DNA of 64,000 bases. Origin: the human T2T-CHM13v2.0 reference genome, Homo sapiens. Shown one piece after another: positions 49,951 to 64,000 of this stretch. Below the pieces are notes generated by a model, which made no database searches, was not told the DNA's origin, and saw only the letters and a list, made by a program, of their open reading frames with translations. The position numbers and the translations under genes are program-made. The first letter of the stretch is position 1. Each line of letters starts with the position of its first letter. Location of the stretch: the NCBI RefSeq assembly GCF_009914755.1, contig NC_060925.1; one strand, written 5' to 3'.

Positions 49951-51487
49951 TGAATCACAGGCTGTGAAAGTGCTATGAAAATAAAACAGTATTATTATAC
50001 AATTTATTATAAATAGTCTATGACTAATTTAGCACTTTAGCCATAAGCGTTCAGAAAAAAGAAATTCAGATCATGCTTGTCTTGCTGGCCACAGAACTCA
50101 GAAAATGCTCTGAGGCAGAGGAAAACAAGTCCTCAGTGCATTTGAGTGTTTTAAAATAGAATCACATAGAGCCACCTTGGGTCAATATGACATCTCTTGT
50201 ATTCTGGACTTTCTTCTAACTTTAAATGCTATTTGAATTTTTGCCAGAGACAACTTGTGGAATGTTCTGAGCCCAGTTTGGAATTTTATTTATAAAATGG
50301 GGTAGATTTCAATAGAAGTAGTGTCCTGGGGCATCCACTGAATGGATGGATGCTCCACTTAGCCTTGAAAATATGATCCCTCAGCCACAGTCAGGCGAGC
50401 CTCCCAGGATGGGGACGGCACCATGAGGTGTTACTTATCCTTTCTGAGACAAAAACAACCCCTTCCCAGTCTTTAGGTATTTTAAACATAGTCTTAGCAT
50501 GTAGCTGAAAAAATGGGGGTTGGGGGAGTCAGGTCCAGACTGATCTAGTGTGTGGAAAATAAGCAAGTAGGAGTGAAAGCATTGATTCTGGCAAATTCCC
50601 CAAGCCGAAATCCAAGTATAGGCCCATTTAAAAGTAGACTGGAGTTGCCAAGGCAGAATTTCCTTCTTAAAATTCAGATAATTAGTTGCTAGCAGTGCTG
50701 AATATTAAACAGGAAATTCAACTTCCAAAGATGTTTCAATAATAGAATTCTGAAAACAAGCATTTTCCTAATATGAAGTGTTACATGCAAAGCACCAGCA
50801 CCATAATAAGTAAAGGTATTGGAATTAACTAGGCCTTCATACAACACATACTAGTTGTGTGAATGCCAGCAAATCATTTAACCACTTTAACCTCAGTGGC
50901 CATATATCTCTGGTTGTAACTATGTCTTTGTAAACAGGACTCTCTACTAACTCACCATAAATTCAGAGAAAAATAAATGTCCCTGATTCCTCTAGGCTAA
51001 ACATTTATATAGAGAAAAACAAATTCAAATAAGCTATCAATGGAGATCTGTTAAGTACAATATAGCTGTGGTAAATGGACACCTTGTCTTGCTTGAAGGC
51101 TGTACTCCAGAAAAGAAACAAAGTCAAAATTCTTAAATTTTGAAACCAGATCATTAATTTTCTTGAATGTTACTTCCATTTTCCAAATTTTCACAGATAC
51201 AGCAAGCAAATGCAATTAATGCTTGCATTTTATTAAATCAAATTGCAGGGGAATAGAAAACAAAACAAAACAGACTAATTTGCTTTCCTTTTTTAACCTT
51301 CAGTCTTACAGTTTGCCCTTAAACATTTCTAGTTCACTCTTTTCTTGAGTTATGTGTTCGGGGAAGTTGTATAAGGTTCATATATGATTCACCTGATGTT
51401 TACTCAGCTTTCTCATATGCTAGAAACCAGAACATTTCCACTGAAATGGGGAAGATAATTAGTAATGACTTTTTCAGCATTGAACGA

Positions 51488-52336
<849 letters not shown>

Positions 52337-53132
52337 CTAGTCCAGACAGGTGGATGCTAAAAATTTAGAGCAGTAGAAGCTGTTTGCCTGGTTGACACTG
52401 GACCTGCCGGGTGAGAAAACCTCCCCTCATCATCAAGTTCTTCATCAGCTCCATGAGCTTATTCTTTTGACAACTCTCGCCCTGTTCACGGAAATAAATC
52501 TGAAAGCTGGTGACCAAATCAGCTTTTTGTAATGCCAGTATATTCATAGAAAATTTGCTATTCCAGAGCCAACCATGCTCTGTCCAAATGATTTAACCAG
52601 TGAGTTTGGCAACAGTCAGGTAACGGCCCCAGCGGGTAGGGGGAACCTTTCCATTGAGCTGTAGAGGGGCAGATGATGTGTAGCTGGGAGTAGAGCATAT
52701 CTAACTTTGAGAACTAAAATACCAAGCACCTTGTCCTTTGTGGGTAAATTGAGCAAGTAGCTAGCTTCAGAAACAAGTCATAAACTGAGTCACCTACAAA
52801 ACTCTACTAAAATAAAGTAAAAGCATAGATTTTGGAATGAAACAGTTCAAGGCTATATTTCTTTCTCGGCTGTGTGTGTCACTCTGGGAAAATTATTTAA
52901 TCTTTCTGAAGCTCAATTTCCTTTTCTTAAAAATGAGTATAACATTTACTTCATAGGGTTGTAAGGATTAGGTGAATTAAGTATTCAAAGAGATTAGCAC
53001 ACAATTAAAGCTTAATAAATGTTATCAATTATGGTTAATTTTTATTCTTTCAATCCCCTATCCACTGTGTACCCAGAGCAGCCACTGCGTATCTCTGCCT
53101 TAGTGTCTCTCTATTAAAATTATAGATGATGA

Positions 53133-53542
<410 letters not shown>

Positions 53543-53922
53543 TCAAATTTTTAATAAGTGTTTATGAACTAATCTGATCTGTGAGTTAGGAAGGATCTGA
53601 GATGTCAGCCATGATCTGTGATTATAGGATTTTTCCAACTGTGACCCATTAGGTGGAGAAATAAATTCAGTGAATCAGAGCCAACATTTTATTTTTAAAG
53701 AAAAAGAATAGAATAGCAAATATCAGAGTGCAAAACACATAGTAAAGTTAAGTATTGTTACAAGAAACTTTGTTACATATGTAAGAGTACTTGGTGGCAA
53801 TGTAAATATATTACTTATTGTGAGTAGTGGTTAAAAAATATGTGAACATTCTGAATGGTCCACCTTGCCAGCATTTGCTACTTTCTATCTTTTTAATTTC
53901 AGCCATTCTGATATGTATATAG

Positions 53923-54319
<397 letters not shown>

Positions 54320-54364
54320 TGGATACCCGCTTTAGAAATCTCTTTTGTAATCTGTTTAAAAAAA

Positions 54365-54965
54365 AACAATCTGGCAGTATTTACTAAATCTGAACATGCA
54401 TTTCCTATTACGCAGAAATCATACTTCTACTTATTTACTCAACAGAAATGTGTACATATGTTCATCAAAAGACCTGTACAGAAATGTTCATAGCAACACT
54501 GTTTATAATAGCTCCAAACTGGAAATTGCCCAAGTGCCTATTAAGAATAGAATGGACAAATAAATTTGATATATTTATACACTATAGAAGCCTATTTAAA
54601 AGCAAGAATAAATGGACTACAGTACCATATAACAGTATAGAACTCCAAAAGCAAAAGATTGAGTGAAAGGAGCCACGTACGAAAGAGTACATGGTGTATA
54701 ATTTCATTTACATAAAGTTCAAAACTAGGCAAAATTATTCTATGGTGTTAAAAATTAGGATAATGATTATCCTTGAAGTCATCAGGAGGGCTTCAGGGAT
54801 GCTGGTAATGTTCCCTTTCTCTATCTGAATGCCCATCCCATGAGTATACTCAGTTTGTCAAATTAATTGGACTGTAAATATATAATTTGCGATTTTTCCA
54901 AATCATTTCTGAATTTGTCTGAAATTGTTACATGTAAATATAAAATTTTTAAAACTTAATAAATA
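54365..54965 (+). mobile_element. Old L1M (MD/ME-type) 3' end
   Basis: ORF 54448..54666 has the L1 ORF2-tail-like MFIATLFIIAPNWKLPKC, followed by L1M 3'UTR sequence. Confidence 0.8.
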
Positions 54966-55116
54966 ATACTTTTTTCTTCAAGTGTGAAAAACACTGGCAG
55001 AGAGCAAAAGGCCCTGATACACTCACTCCCATCACCATCAAGTGGTCATCTAGCCTTTGCCTGAGTAACTCCAGGGTCAACAATCTCTTTACTGCCCATA
55101 CTGCCCAGGCAGCTAA

Positions 55117-55750
<634 letters not shown>

Positions 55751-56949
55751 AGAAAGCTTTTTCTTTACACTGAGCCATAACTCGCCTCCCAACAACTCGC
55801 TTGCATCGGTTGTTCTGTCCTCCTAAGAGATTCTAATGTGATTCAATCCCTCTACCACCAATAGCTCTTCGGAAATTTGAAGGAAGCTACCACATCCTCC
55901 CCACTCCCAGTCGTCATTTCTCCGGACTCAGGAGTCCCAGGTCCTTCCTTTGGCCATCCCTCAAGGCATGGCTTTGAGTTCCCTCCTGTCTCTTGATTGT
56001 ACTTATTTTATCTAATGATGCCCAGAACTAAGCACAGCCCTCTCGGAGAGGCCCAAGAGGAGCAGAAAGGAGCCAAAAGTAAAATCATCACTTTTGATCT
56101 AGACAGAATCTAGACAGCCTACTTCTTCTGTCAACAAACCCTAAGCTTCAATTTGCTCCTTCTTTAATATTCACATTATACCATTCACTCCTGTTGAGCT
56201 TAGCAATCAACTAAAAGCACCCAAGTCTTTTGCATAAGCCCCAAATTTACCTTCTGTGTTTGTACCGTCTTCACTCTCTCAGGAGTCAGAGCGCTCATTT
56301 GGCCCCACCCCAATTCTCCAAAGCTAAATCCCACAGATGGAAGCGTATCTGTTATAGAGACACCGCTGGAATAGTCTCCCTACCCTCCCACCCACTAAAA
56401 AACAGAAACGAAGTCTTTGTCTCAATACATGGTCTCTTATCCTTACCCTTTCCTTGAATGGGGCTTCATTTTAAAGTGTGTCTGGGGGAAGGACTGGAAG
56501 AAAACGCAGTTTCACAGGCCATCTCCAAAATCTGACCTAAAAGCCAACTGTTGCCTGGCCTCAATAAAGCCTGAGCAGTGTGGTGCCCTGATCTCTTTCC
56601 TTCTCCATTCCTCCCCCAAGTGGGCTCCAACTGGAGGTTGTGGAGATGAGTGCTGCTGGGCTCTGCTCACTCAGTCCCTTTGCCTTTGTGTGAGTAGTGA
56701 CAGATGAGGCTGAGAAGGAAAACGTGGCAGGGTGAGAATAAACCTGATATTGTTCAAAGCATCTGACATCAAACATATCTCTCAAGAAGACCTACTGGAA
56801 TCCCTCTAGCCACACGAACAAGGAAACGACAGAGAACCATTTCTACAGAAAGTTCCAGGCGGCCTCCCTGGGTATTTTTAACATCAGGACTCGGTGGAGG
56901 GGAGAGTCATTAAGCAAGGGAAACCCCGTAAAACAGAACATGTGAAAAT

Positions 56950-57700
56950 GACCAAGAGAGGTGGGCTGGGAACCAGGCAGGGCGAGGCTACAGAAAAGGG
57001 AAGCTGTCACGGGACCCTGGTGGTGAGGGGCGACCTCTCTCTCCCTAAGGGCGCTGGGGGAGGGGAGGGAGGAGGACCACCAAGTCTGGAGCGCGGCGAG
57101 AAGGAAACAGCCCACCTACCTCGTCCAGGTCTGCTCCATTTTCCAGGCTCTTTCCTTAGTCTCAGGACGCTCCTCACCCGGGAGGGGAAGCAGCCTGGGA
57201 AAATGAGAAGCCTTGCCCACGAATCTCCAGCGCAAAAGGCAGCAGCTTTTTCCTCCCCAGCTCCTTTCTGCGTCGGCGGCGAAGAGAGAGCTCTGCTCCC
57301 TGCTTTTTTAGAAAATGGATTTGACGTGGCCGAACCTGCGGCTAGCCGTGCGACCCGCACAAGGGAGGGACTGTTCTCAGTAGGAGGCTGGACTCAGAGC
57401 GGCGCGGCGCCCGGGGCTGTTTCGTGAGCTGGAGCCAGCGGCTGCCCGGGCGGCGGTGCGCGCACTCTCCAGGCTGAGACACGACTGGCTGGCACGAGTT
57501 GCTCGGCACCAGCTGAGCTGTCAACCGCGAGCGGAGGCGGGGCTCCCGACAACCAGTGTGCTGGGGCAGAATCGGCCCAGGTTACACGCCCCCGAACCAC
57601 CCTCGCGTCTCCCCGACCCCTCTCTCGCTGGCTCAGATGAATGATGACGGCAGAGGGCAGAGAGCTTAGAGGACGCGGTACCAAGCCCCGTCCCTCGCCC
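56950..57700. promoter_or_regulatory. CpG island and promoter of the distal first exon
   Basis: Abrupt rise in GC and CpG content (e.g. ggcgcggcgcccgggg, gcggcggtgcgcgc) and a GC box (ggaggcgggg, about 57533-57542) around the MEQTW start. Confidence 0.85.
57120..57139 (-). CDS. PDE4DIP: Coding part of distal first exon (MEQTWT + AG of Arg), phase-2 donor
   Basis: Minus strand reads gaaaATG GAG CAG ACC TGG ACG AG|gtaggt, with A at -3 and G at +4 of the ATG. It lies in a CpG island and joins the 38685 exon in frame. Confidence 0.9.
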
Positions 57701-59770
57701 ATCCCAACGAAGGTCTTAGAATACAATCAACCAACTACAGGAAGAATTTGTAGAGGAGGTTTTCTTGTGTGTCTGCATCGCCCCACCCACAGGTAACCCC
57801 AGAGCCAGAGATGGAGTCTAGGAAGGTTTAGGAGCAATCCCGGCTGAATGCAGATGTATACCCTACGTGGTCATGGAACACGATGTTGTCTTCCTAGAGA
57901 TGTGACATGCCAGTTTCACCATTAATCCAGGGACAGGACCCTTCATCAGGAAGGGAAGCATCCCAACAAAACCTTACAGCCCTATTAGCTGCCTGTATCC
58001 CAGACATCTCCTGTTTTAGGGTATTCTACCTCCTCGTTTTTCAGTTTCGCCAGCAACTGGGCTCTACCAATAGCTTCAAGGAGGGAGAAGCTTCCTGACT
58101 CCCAGAACACTAGAAAAGCCTCAAGACAGTAGCCATCAGGACCTCGACACTCCCTTGTGACTGTTTTAAGATCATGGAAAAGGCCTCTTTGGAGATGGCA
58201 TTGCCTCAGGCCCTGTACCATGTACTTATGTATCAAGATTTAAACAAGGCAGACATACTATAATTAGAGTGCTTGCCACCCTGAAGCTCCTTTTTAGCTT
58301 TCAAATAAGACCGTTTTATTAAATGACATAATCACTGTTATTATTAGCACTATCACTGACCTTTTTTTTATCTGAAAAAGGCTTTATAGTGCCCACATGT
58401 GGCAATGTTAATTTCGTTGTACTTGTTTCAGAGATGATAAATTTGAGACCCCAAAAGGCCCAAAGTCTCTGCTAAGGTTCTGATACAGGCTGTGTTCTCC
58501 ATTGGGTGGCCCCAGAGATATGTTCCCTGAATTTCTAAAGCTACGACCCACAAGACTTCTCCAGGATGAATTTATTCTTTCAGGCCTCCTAGGCATTTAA
58601 CTCAGGAAGAACCTGGCATGCCTGGGTATTGGTGAGACTGTGGGGAGTCTGTGTTCTTGGGGGAACCTGTCATCTGTCTGTTATCTCTTGGATTGGTTCC
58701 CCTACATACTAGTACAAAGTAGGGGTGGGGAGGGGAGGATAACAAAACATTTGAAGGTTTAGCAGAACTGTCTAAAAAGCCCCTAGTCTAGACTCCTCCA
58801 ACACTTGATTTATTGGTAGGACCACACTGCTCCAGAGCTCAAAATGTTACCAGGAAAAATTTCAAGGTCCAGTTTGATCTTAGACAAGGCTCACAGGCCA
58901 CCTGTCTTGAAAAGAATATCCTGTTGCCTCTGATGGGGGGGAAGAAAAGGCAGGGAGAGTCAGATTCCCATCCTTCATACCAAAGTTGGGGCTATATTTA
59001 GCTTTGTCTCAAATCAAATTATGGGCTACCGAGTTGTGGAGAGGAACTCTGTCTACAGGCAGCTCACTGGATTCAAGAAATGATAGCACTAACTAGGTGA
59101 GCTGTGGGGTCTCAGAAGTGACGCTAGAAAATACGTTCATGTATTTTTAAAATAACTTTTTTCAAAAGTTTATAGCACATTCATTGTAAAAACATTTGAA
59201 AAATACAGAAAGTTATATAGATTACTCAGAATACCCAGGGATCTTCAATATTAAAAATGTGTTGCATTTTTTTCCCACTCTTTAAAAAATGCATCTTTTA
59301 ATCCAAACACCAACTCTTTCTTACACACATGGGTATATTCTTGAGAAGAGAAATTTCCTTGTTGTTTTAAAAATTATACTTATTGTCAAAAGAACAATTT
59401 TTTTGCGTTAGATTTCAGAAGAAAAATATTCACCCATATAACCACTGCTACAGCACAAATGTTTAAATTTCTCCAAATTCCCTTTAGTCATTATCTATAT
59501 ATATTAAATATCTATTTACATAATTACGATTACAGCTTAGGTATATGTTTATATTCTCCTTCTTTCACTTAGTAAATATTTGTCCATGCTTTTAGGGAAA
59601 GTTCATAGTTATTATTCTAATGAGTGTACAATATTTTATAATATTAGTAGGACCATAGATTACTTAAAATATTCTACTATTGCATAGTTATGCTGTTTCT
59701 GATATTAGACTGTTATAAATAATGCCTTAATGAAGAGCTTTCTGCCTTTATCATTCTCCTTTTTTGAATT

Positions 59771-60170
59771 ATGCTATGGTTGAATGTATGTATGCCTTCA
59801 AAATTCATACATTGGTACTTAACACCGAGTGTTATAGTACTACAGGGTGGGGCCTTTTAGGAATATGTCTTAGGAAGTGATAAGGCATGAACACTCCACT
59901 CTCATGAATGGGATTAGTGCTCTTAAAAAAGAGGTTGAAAGGATTGCTCTGGTCCCTTTTGTCCTCTGTCCCTCCAGCCATGTGAGGACACAGCATCTGT
60001 GGCAACAAGGAGCCATCTTGGGAGCAGAGAGCAAGCTCTTCCAGACACTGAATCTGCCAGCACCTTGATCTTGGTCCAGCCTTCAGAACTGTGAGAAATA
60101 AATTTCTATTATTTACAAATTACCCAGTCTAAGCTATTTTGCTATAGCAGCAGGAATGGACTAAAGGCGA
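59771..60170 (+). mobile_element. MST/MLT1A-type MaLR LTR
   Basis: tgctatggttgaatgt...ctcatgaatgggattagtgc...cagaactgtgagaaataaatttct...ggactaa. Confidence 0.85.
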
Positions 60171-60439
60171 TTTTCCTGGGATAAAAGGACTTTCTAATTT
60201 TATTATCTTAGCCTCAAAAGCACTAGAAATTCTCCTTTTATTTTTTTTCTTATTTAATTTGTAAATAATTGGATAGTTATATTTTAGTTCTATATCTAGC
60301 TAGTATACAAATAATGTAACACCATCTCATTTTGCTTTACGTTTCTTAGAATACTAGCTAGTAAGGTCTTATTTCATATCCTTTCTTGGAAACCATATGT
60401 GTAGTAGCCAGTCTCATGAAATCCTTGTGTTGAGTCACT

Positions 60440-61207
60440 GTATTAGTCATCTTTTTGCTGAAACAATGCTGCTCAACAAAGAACTCCCCAATCTCAGTAT
60501 TATACAACACACATCCATTTCTCCCTCAAGGATCTATAGTTTAGGTATGGATTGGTTTAAGTCTGTCATTTTCATGGCAGAGTGCAGGAGTGCAAGAGAG
60601 TTGGCAGAGACTCATGATGACTGGTCTCTGCTCAGAACTGGCACAGTCTCGCTTCTGCCATTTTCCGTTCACCAAAGTAAGTAACATGGCCAAGTCCAAA
60701 GTCATTGGTGCAGAAAAGTACAGTCTGCCCACAGAGTGCAGGAGGGGAGAGTAATATTTGTGGAACAATAATGCAATCCACCAGTCACTGTATGTGCTGC
60801 TTTCTTGCTTTTTGTTAAGCTTTTCTCCTTGTAGATACATGGTAACTTTATTCTTCCTCATCCCATTTTAACTTAGCTATGACTTTTGAACAGTGAAATG
60901 TAACTTGTTTCGTTGGCTGAAACGTGAGAGGAAGTCTCATGTGGTCACTTCTGGGAAGAACGCAGACATTTTTAAGAGCTAGTACATAATTGGCCCTTTT
61001 CAGTTTCCGCTGTTTTATTGATCCTTGAAGATCAATAAGATGAAGCTTTCATCAACCTAAGTCCCTGAGTTACTGTGATGGTCAGAGCCTTCCTGCTAAC
61101 CCTAATTGAACATGTAGAATGAGCAAGAAATTCATTTTTGTTGTATTAAGTTACTGAGATTTGGAGATTATTTATTACTGGAGCATAATCTAGCCTATCC
61201 TAACACA
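60440..61207. mobile_element. Two old MLT1 LTR remnants in opposite orientations (~60440-60785 minus, ~60850-61207 plus)
   Basis: tgtattagtc...aaagaactccccaatctcagt and ...aagttactgagatttggag...gcataatctagcctatcctaacaca. Confidence 0.55.
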
Positions 61208-61289
61208 TTGCTTTTTATTTCCATTTTGCAACCAAGTATCGTTATGTGTGTGTCTGCTCTCAGTTTTCTGGCTTAGAACTCAAATAACC

Positions 61290-61588
<299 letters not shown>

Positions 61589-62179
61589 AGAACTCAAATA
61601 ACCTGGGTAAATGATGTTGATAAATTAAACTATTCATTTTATTCTTTCCTGAGGGCACTGCTCTTAGTTTGGTCGACTGATTGTGCTTCAGGGAATACCT
61701 GAATTGATGATAAGGGACAAAAAATCGGAAGGTGTCACAGTCTTTACAGTCAGCTCCAAATATTCCAATGATACTTTTACCTTTCATTCAGTTTTTAAAA
61801 TTCATTTTCCTTTTCTTCTCTCCAACTTGTTTCTGGGTAAAAAGGATTATTGATGTTGATATAGTTTACTGCATAATCTATACATCAATAATAAAAATAG
61901 CTATGTCTAATATATTTTTGCCAGATCCTCCTCTAACAATTGTGTGTATACTAACTCTTTTCATCCTCGCAGCAGTCTTTTGAGGTAGGCTCTAGTTAAT
62001 GCCCACTTTACAAATGACTAATGTGGAGCACAGGGAGGTAAATTATACTGCCCACATTCACAAAGCTGATTGATGGCAAAGCTGAGATTTGAAACCAATC
62101 AGTTTTGTTTCAGAATGGCCTGCCTAACCATTTTGCGTACTGCTTCCCTAATTTTGACACGTAACATTGGCTGGGACTT

Positions 62180-62362
62180 AGATAGGAGGACAATATGTCT
62201 GCAACATCTGTCACTTCAGTGATCCCTGTGATCACCTGGTTAGTCAGAACATGATGTCTTCTTGATCCATCACAGCTCCATGTCTGTCTCTCTAACCTTG
62301 GGCTTAAAAAACAAATGCCCTTTCCAGACAAAGAGGCATCATTCTGAGATCAAGGATACAGT
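62180..62362 (+). pseudogene. Degenerate, 3'-truncated 7SK snRNA pseudogene
   Basis: Collinear matches to recalled 7SK: ctgcaacatctgtcac ~ CTGCGACATCTGTCAC, tcacagctccatgt ~ TCACCGCTCCATGT and tcaaggatac ~ TCAAGGGTATAC. It ends where an MLT1 LTR begins. Confidence 0.7.
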
Positions 62363-62365
62363 GTC

Positions 62366-64000
62366 TGTAGTAGATTAAAGATGACCACAAATTACTTGCT
62401 ACTTCTCCCATTGAGAGGTGGAATCTAATTCTCCTCCCTTTAATATGGGCTACCCTTAGAGACTTACTTGACTAATAGAATACAGCAGAAGAGATGTCTG
62501 ACTGGCCAGGCTAGGTAAGTAAGAAGCCTTGTAGCTTCCATGTGAGACTCTTGGGACATGTCTTCTAAGGCCTAAGCTGCTGGATAAGTCAAACTACCAT
62601 GCTAGATAAACCACGTGCAGAGGCCATGAGACCACATGACAAGGGGAGGGGCCTAGCTGAGCACAACGACCAGCAGTTCCCATCAGGGTGCCAGGCATTA
62701 TGTGTGAAGCAGTCTCCCATCAGCTGGACACAACTGAGCAACCCTAACTGTGGCCACTATGGAATAAATTTGCCCTGCTGAACCATGCTAGAATTATTGA
62801 TTACCAAAATGATGAGATACAATAAATTGCTTATTGTGCTAAGTTTTGGAGTAGTTTACTAAGTAACAATAGATAACTGGAACTAAATTTGGTATCTGAA
62901 AGTGGACTTTCACTATAACGAAAACTGAAAACAAATGGCAATGACTTTGTACCTGGTTGCCACAGAAGTTAGAAAGGCCTCGAGAAAAATGTTAGTGAAT
63001 ATTGGAAGGACATCGAGGAGACTGCTGGAGAGACTGAAGGACAGTAAAGAAAATACTATGGGGGGTGGCTGAAGAAATGACCTGTGTTATGTAGTGGCAG
63101 AAAGTTTTCGTCTTTGATAATGTGGGAAAATAGAAAAGGTGCCCAATGAATGGGAGGATCTGGCTAAGGAGATTTTCAGCAGAATTTCAAAACTACAAAG
63201 AGGTTTCTTTTAGCCACATTATTATAAGATATTGATTAAAAAAAAAAGAAAAAAAAGTGGGCTAAAAAAGGAGCCATTTGGTTTTTAAGCAGAATTTAGA
63301 GGAATTATAAAGAGGCAGGACTTGCTGGGTTCAGAAGAGATCGGGTGCATTCAGGGTGGCATGGCCGTAGACTTTGCTGGGTTCAAACATCAAACTGCTT
63401 CTCATCCTCAATCTCTCTAGACAGGGAAAGCTTTCAAAATAAGAAATGGCTTCAGGGCAAAAATAAATTCCAAGATGTGACAGCTAGACCCATGATTAAG
63501 ACCTCAATTAAGGTGGTGCCTCATATATCCTTTCAGTTAAACAAAAAGCCTTCTACAATCTTGGGCAATGTACCTCTCCATTGGACAAAAGAGTTTCTAA
63601 GAATTTTAAGGTTCTGTTATCCCATGTCAGACTCACAGTTAGTCCAAGCAAGGTGAAAAAGCTGGCTTCAGAATGAAATGTGGGTGTGGCTTTTGCCTAG
63701 TAAAGTTCGTTATCAATTAGTATATAAGACGCCTTAACATTTTTAAGTGAATTATACCAGCATGGACTGACTGAAAAGGATGAAGAGAGTACAAAGTGAA
63801 AAGATGCCTTTGGACCCTCAACCTGCCTCAGAGAAGCAGGCTGAGAAAGTTACCCAGCCAAAAACAAGGATTACTTCTTAGGGAAAAAGAAGAACGGCTC
63901 AAAGAATGGAACCAAGAGCCCAGAGGACTGATGGATAGCCAGAGGGAATCATTCCCAGGAGCAGGACTGGGCCCTAATCAAGGAACTGGTAATATGTACT
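62366..64000 (+). mobile_element. MLT1 LTR (~62366-62885) followed by MaLR internal sequence
   Basis: tgtagtagattaaagatg...cctcccttt...gctaagttttggagtagtttact...agataactggaac, then tttggtatctgaaagtgg and ggatctggctaaggagattt internal-like sequence. Confidence 0.7.
63331..63372 (-). pseudogene. 5S rRNA 5' fragment (nt ~1-42), tailless retropseudogene
   Basis: Reverse complement gtctacggccatgccaccctgaatgcacccgatctcttctga versus 5S GTCTACGGCCATACCACCCTGAACGCGCCCGATCTCGTCTGA (4 mismatches). Flanked by the direct repeat ttgctgggttca. Confidence 0.9.

Noticed and set aside
52404-52499. Possible 96-nt minus-strand cassette exon (ctttcag|ATTT...CAG|gtccag)
   Set aside because: The donor is weak, and in the PDE4DIP phase it would introduce a stop. 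Nothing supports it beyond the AG and GT.
56843-57726. Several ORFs up to 177 aa over the CpG island
   Set aside because: Stop codons are rare in GC-rich DNA, several lack an ATG start, and none resembles a known protein. The real coding part is the 20-nt MEQTW exon.

Overview
This is human genomic DNA: it is Alu-rich and carries a near-consensus AluYb8, a human-specific subfamily. The window holds the 5' part of PDE4DIP (myomegalin), or one of its near-identical 1q21/1p11 segmental-duplication copies, on the minus strand. Four small coding exons splice in frame with GT-AG sites: 57139-57120 (MEQTWTR), 38685-38630 (DYFAEDDGEMVPRTSHTA), 33465-33314 (AFLSD...ALRDFEK) and 12156-12046 (HLNDLKKENFSLKLRIYFLEERMQQKYEASREDIYKR, the CM1/gamma-TuNA motif). 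The last exon also serves as an alternative first exon (ATG 12186, MSNGYRTLSQ...), and a third possible start (ATG 12449, MFLCQGFRKYLPE) can splice into it. A CpG-island promoter lies at about 57.0-57.7 kb and a second GC-rich promoter region at about 12.2-12.7 kb. The rest is intron or upstream sequence filled with Alu, L1, L2, MIR, MaLR LTRs and DNA transposons, plus a degenerate 7SK pseudogene and a tailless 5S rRNA retro-fragment. Almost all ORFs in the supplied track are repeat-derived or chance. I found no convincing new biological system. The best leads are the promoter-dependent swap of the CM1 N-terminal helix, the uORF-loaded proximal leader and several unusual retro-insertions. Repeat families were called by eye from recalled consensus sequences, and repeat boundaries are approximate.
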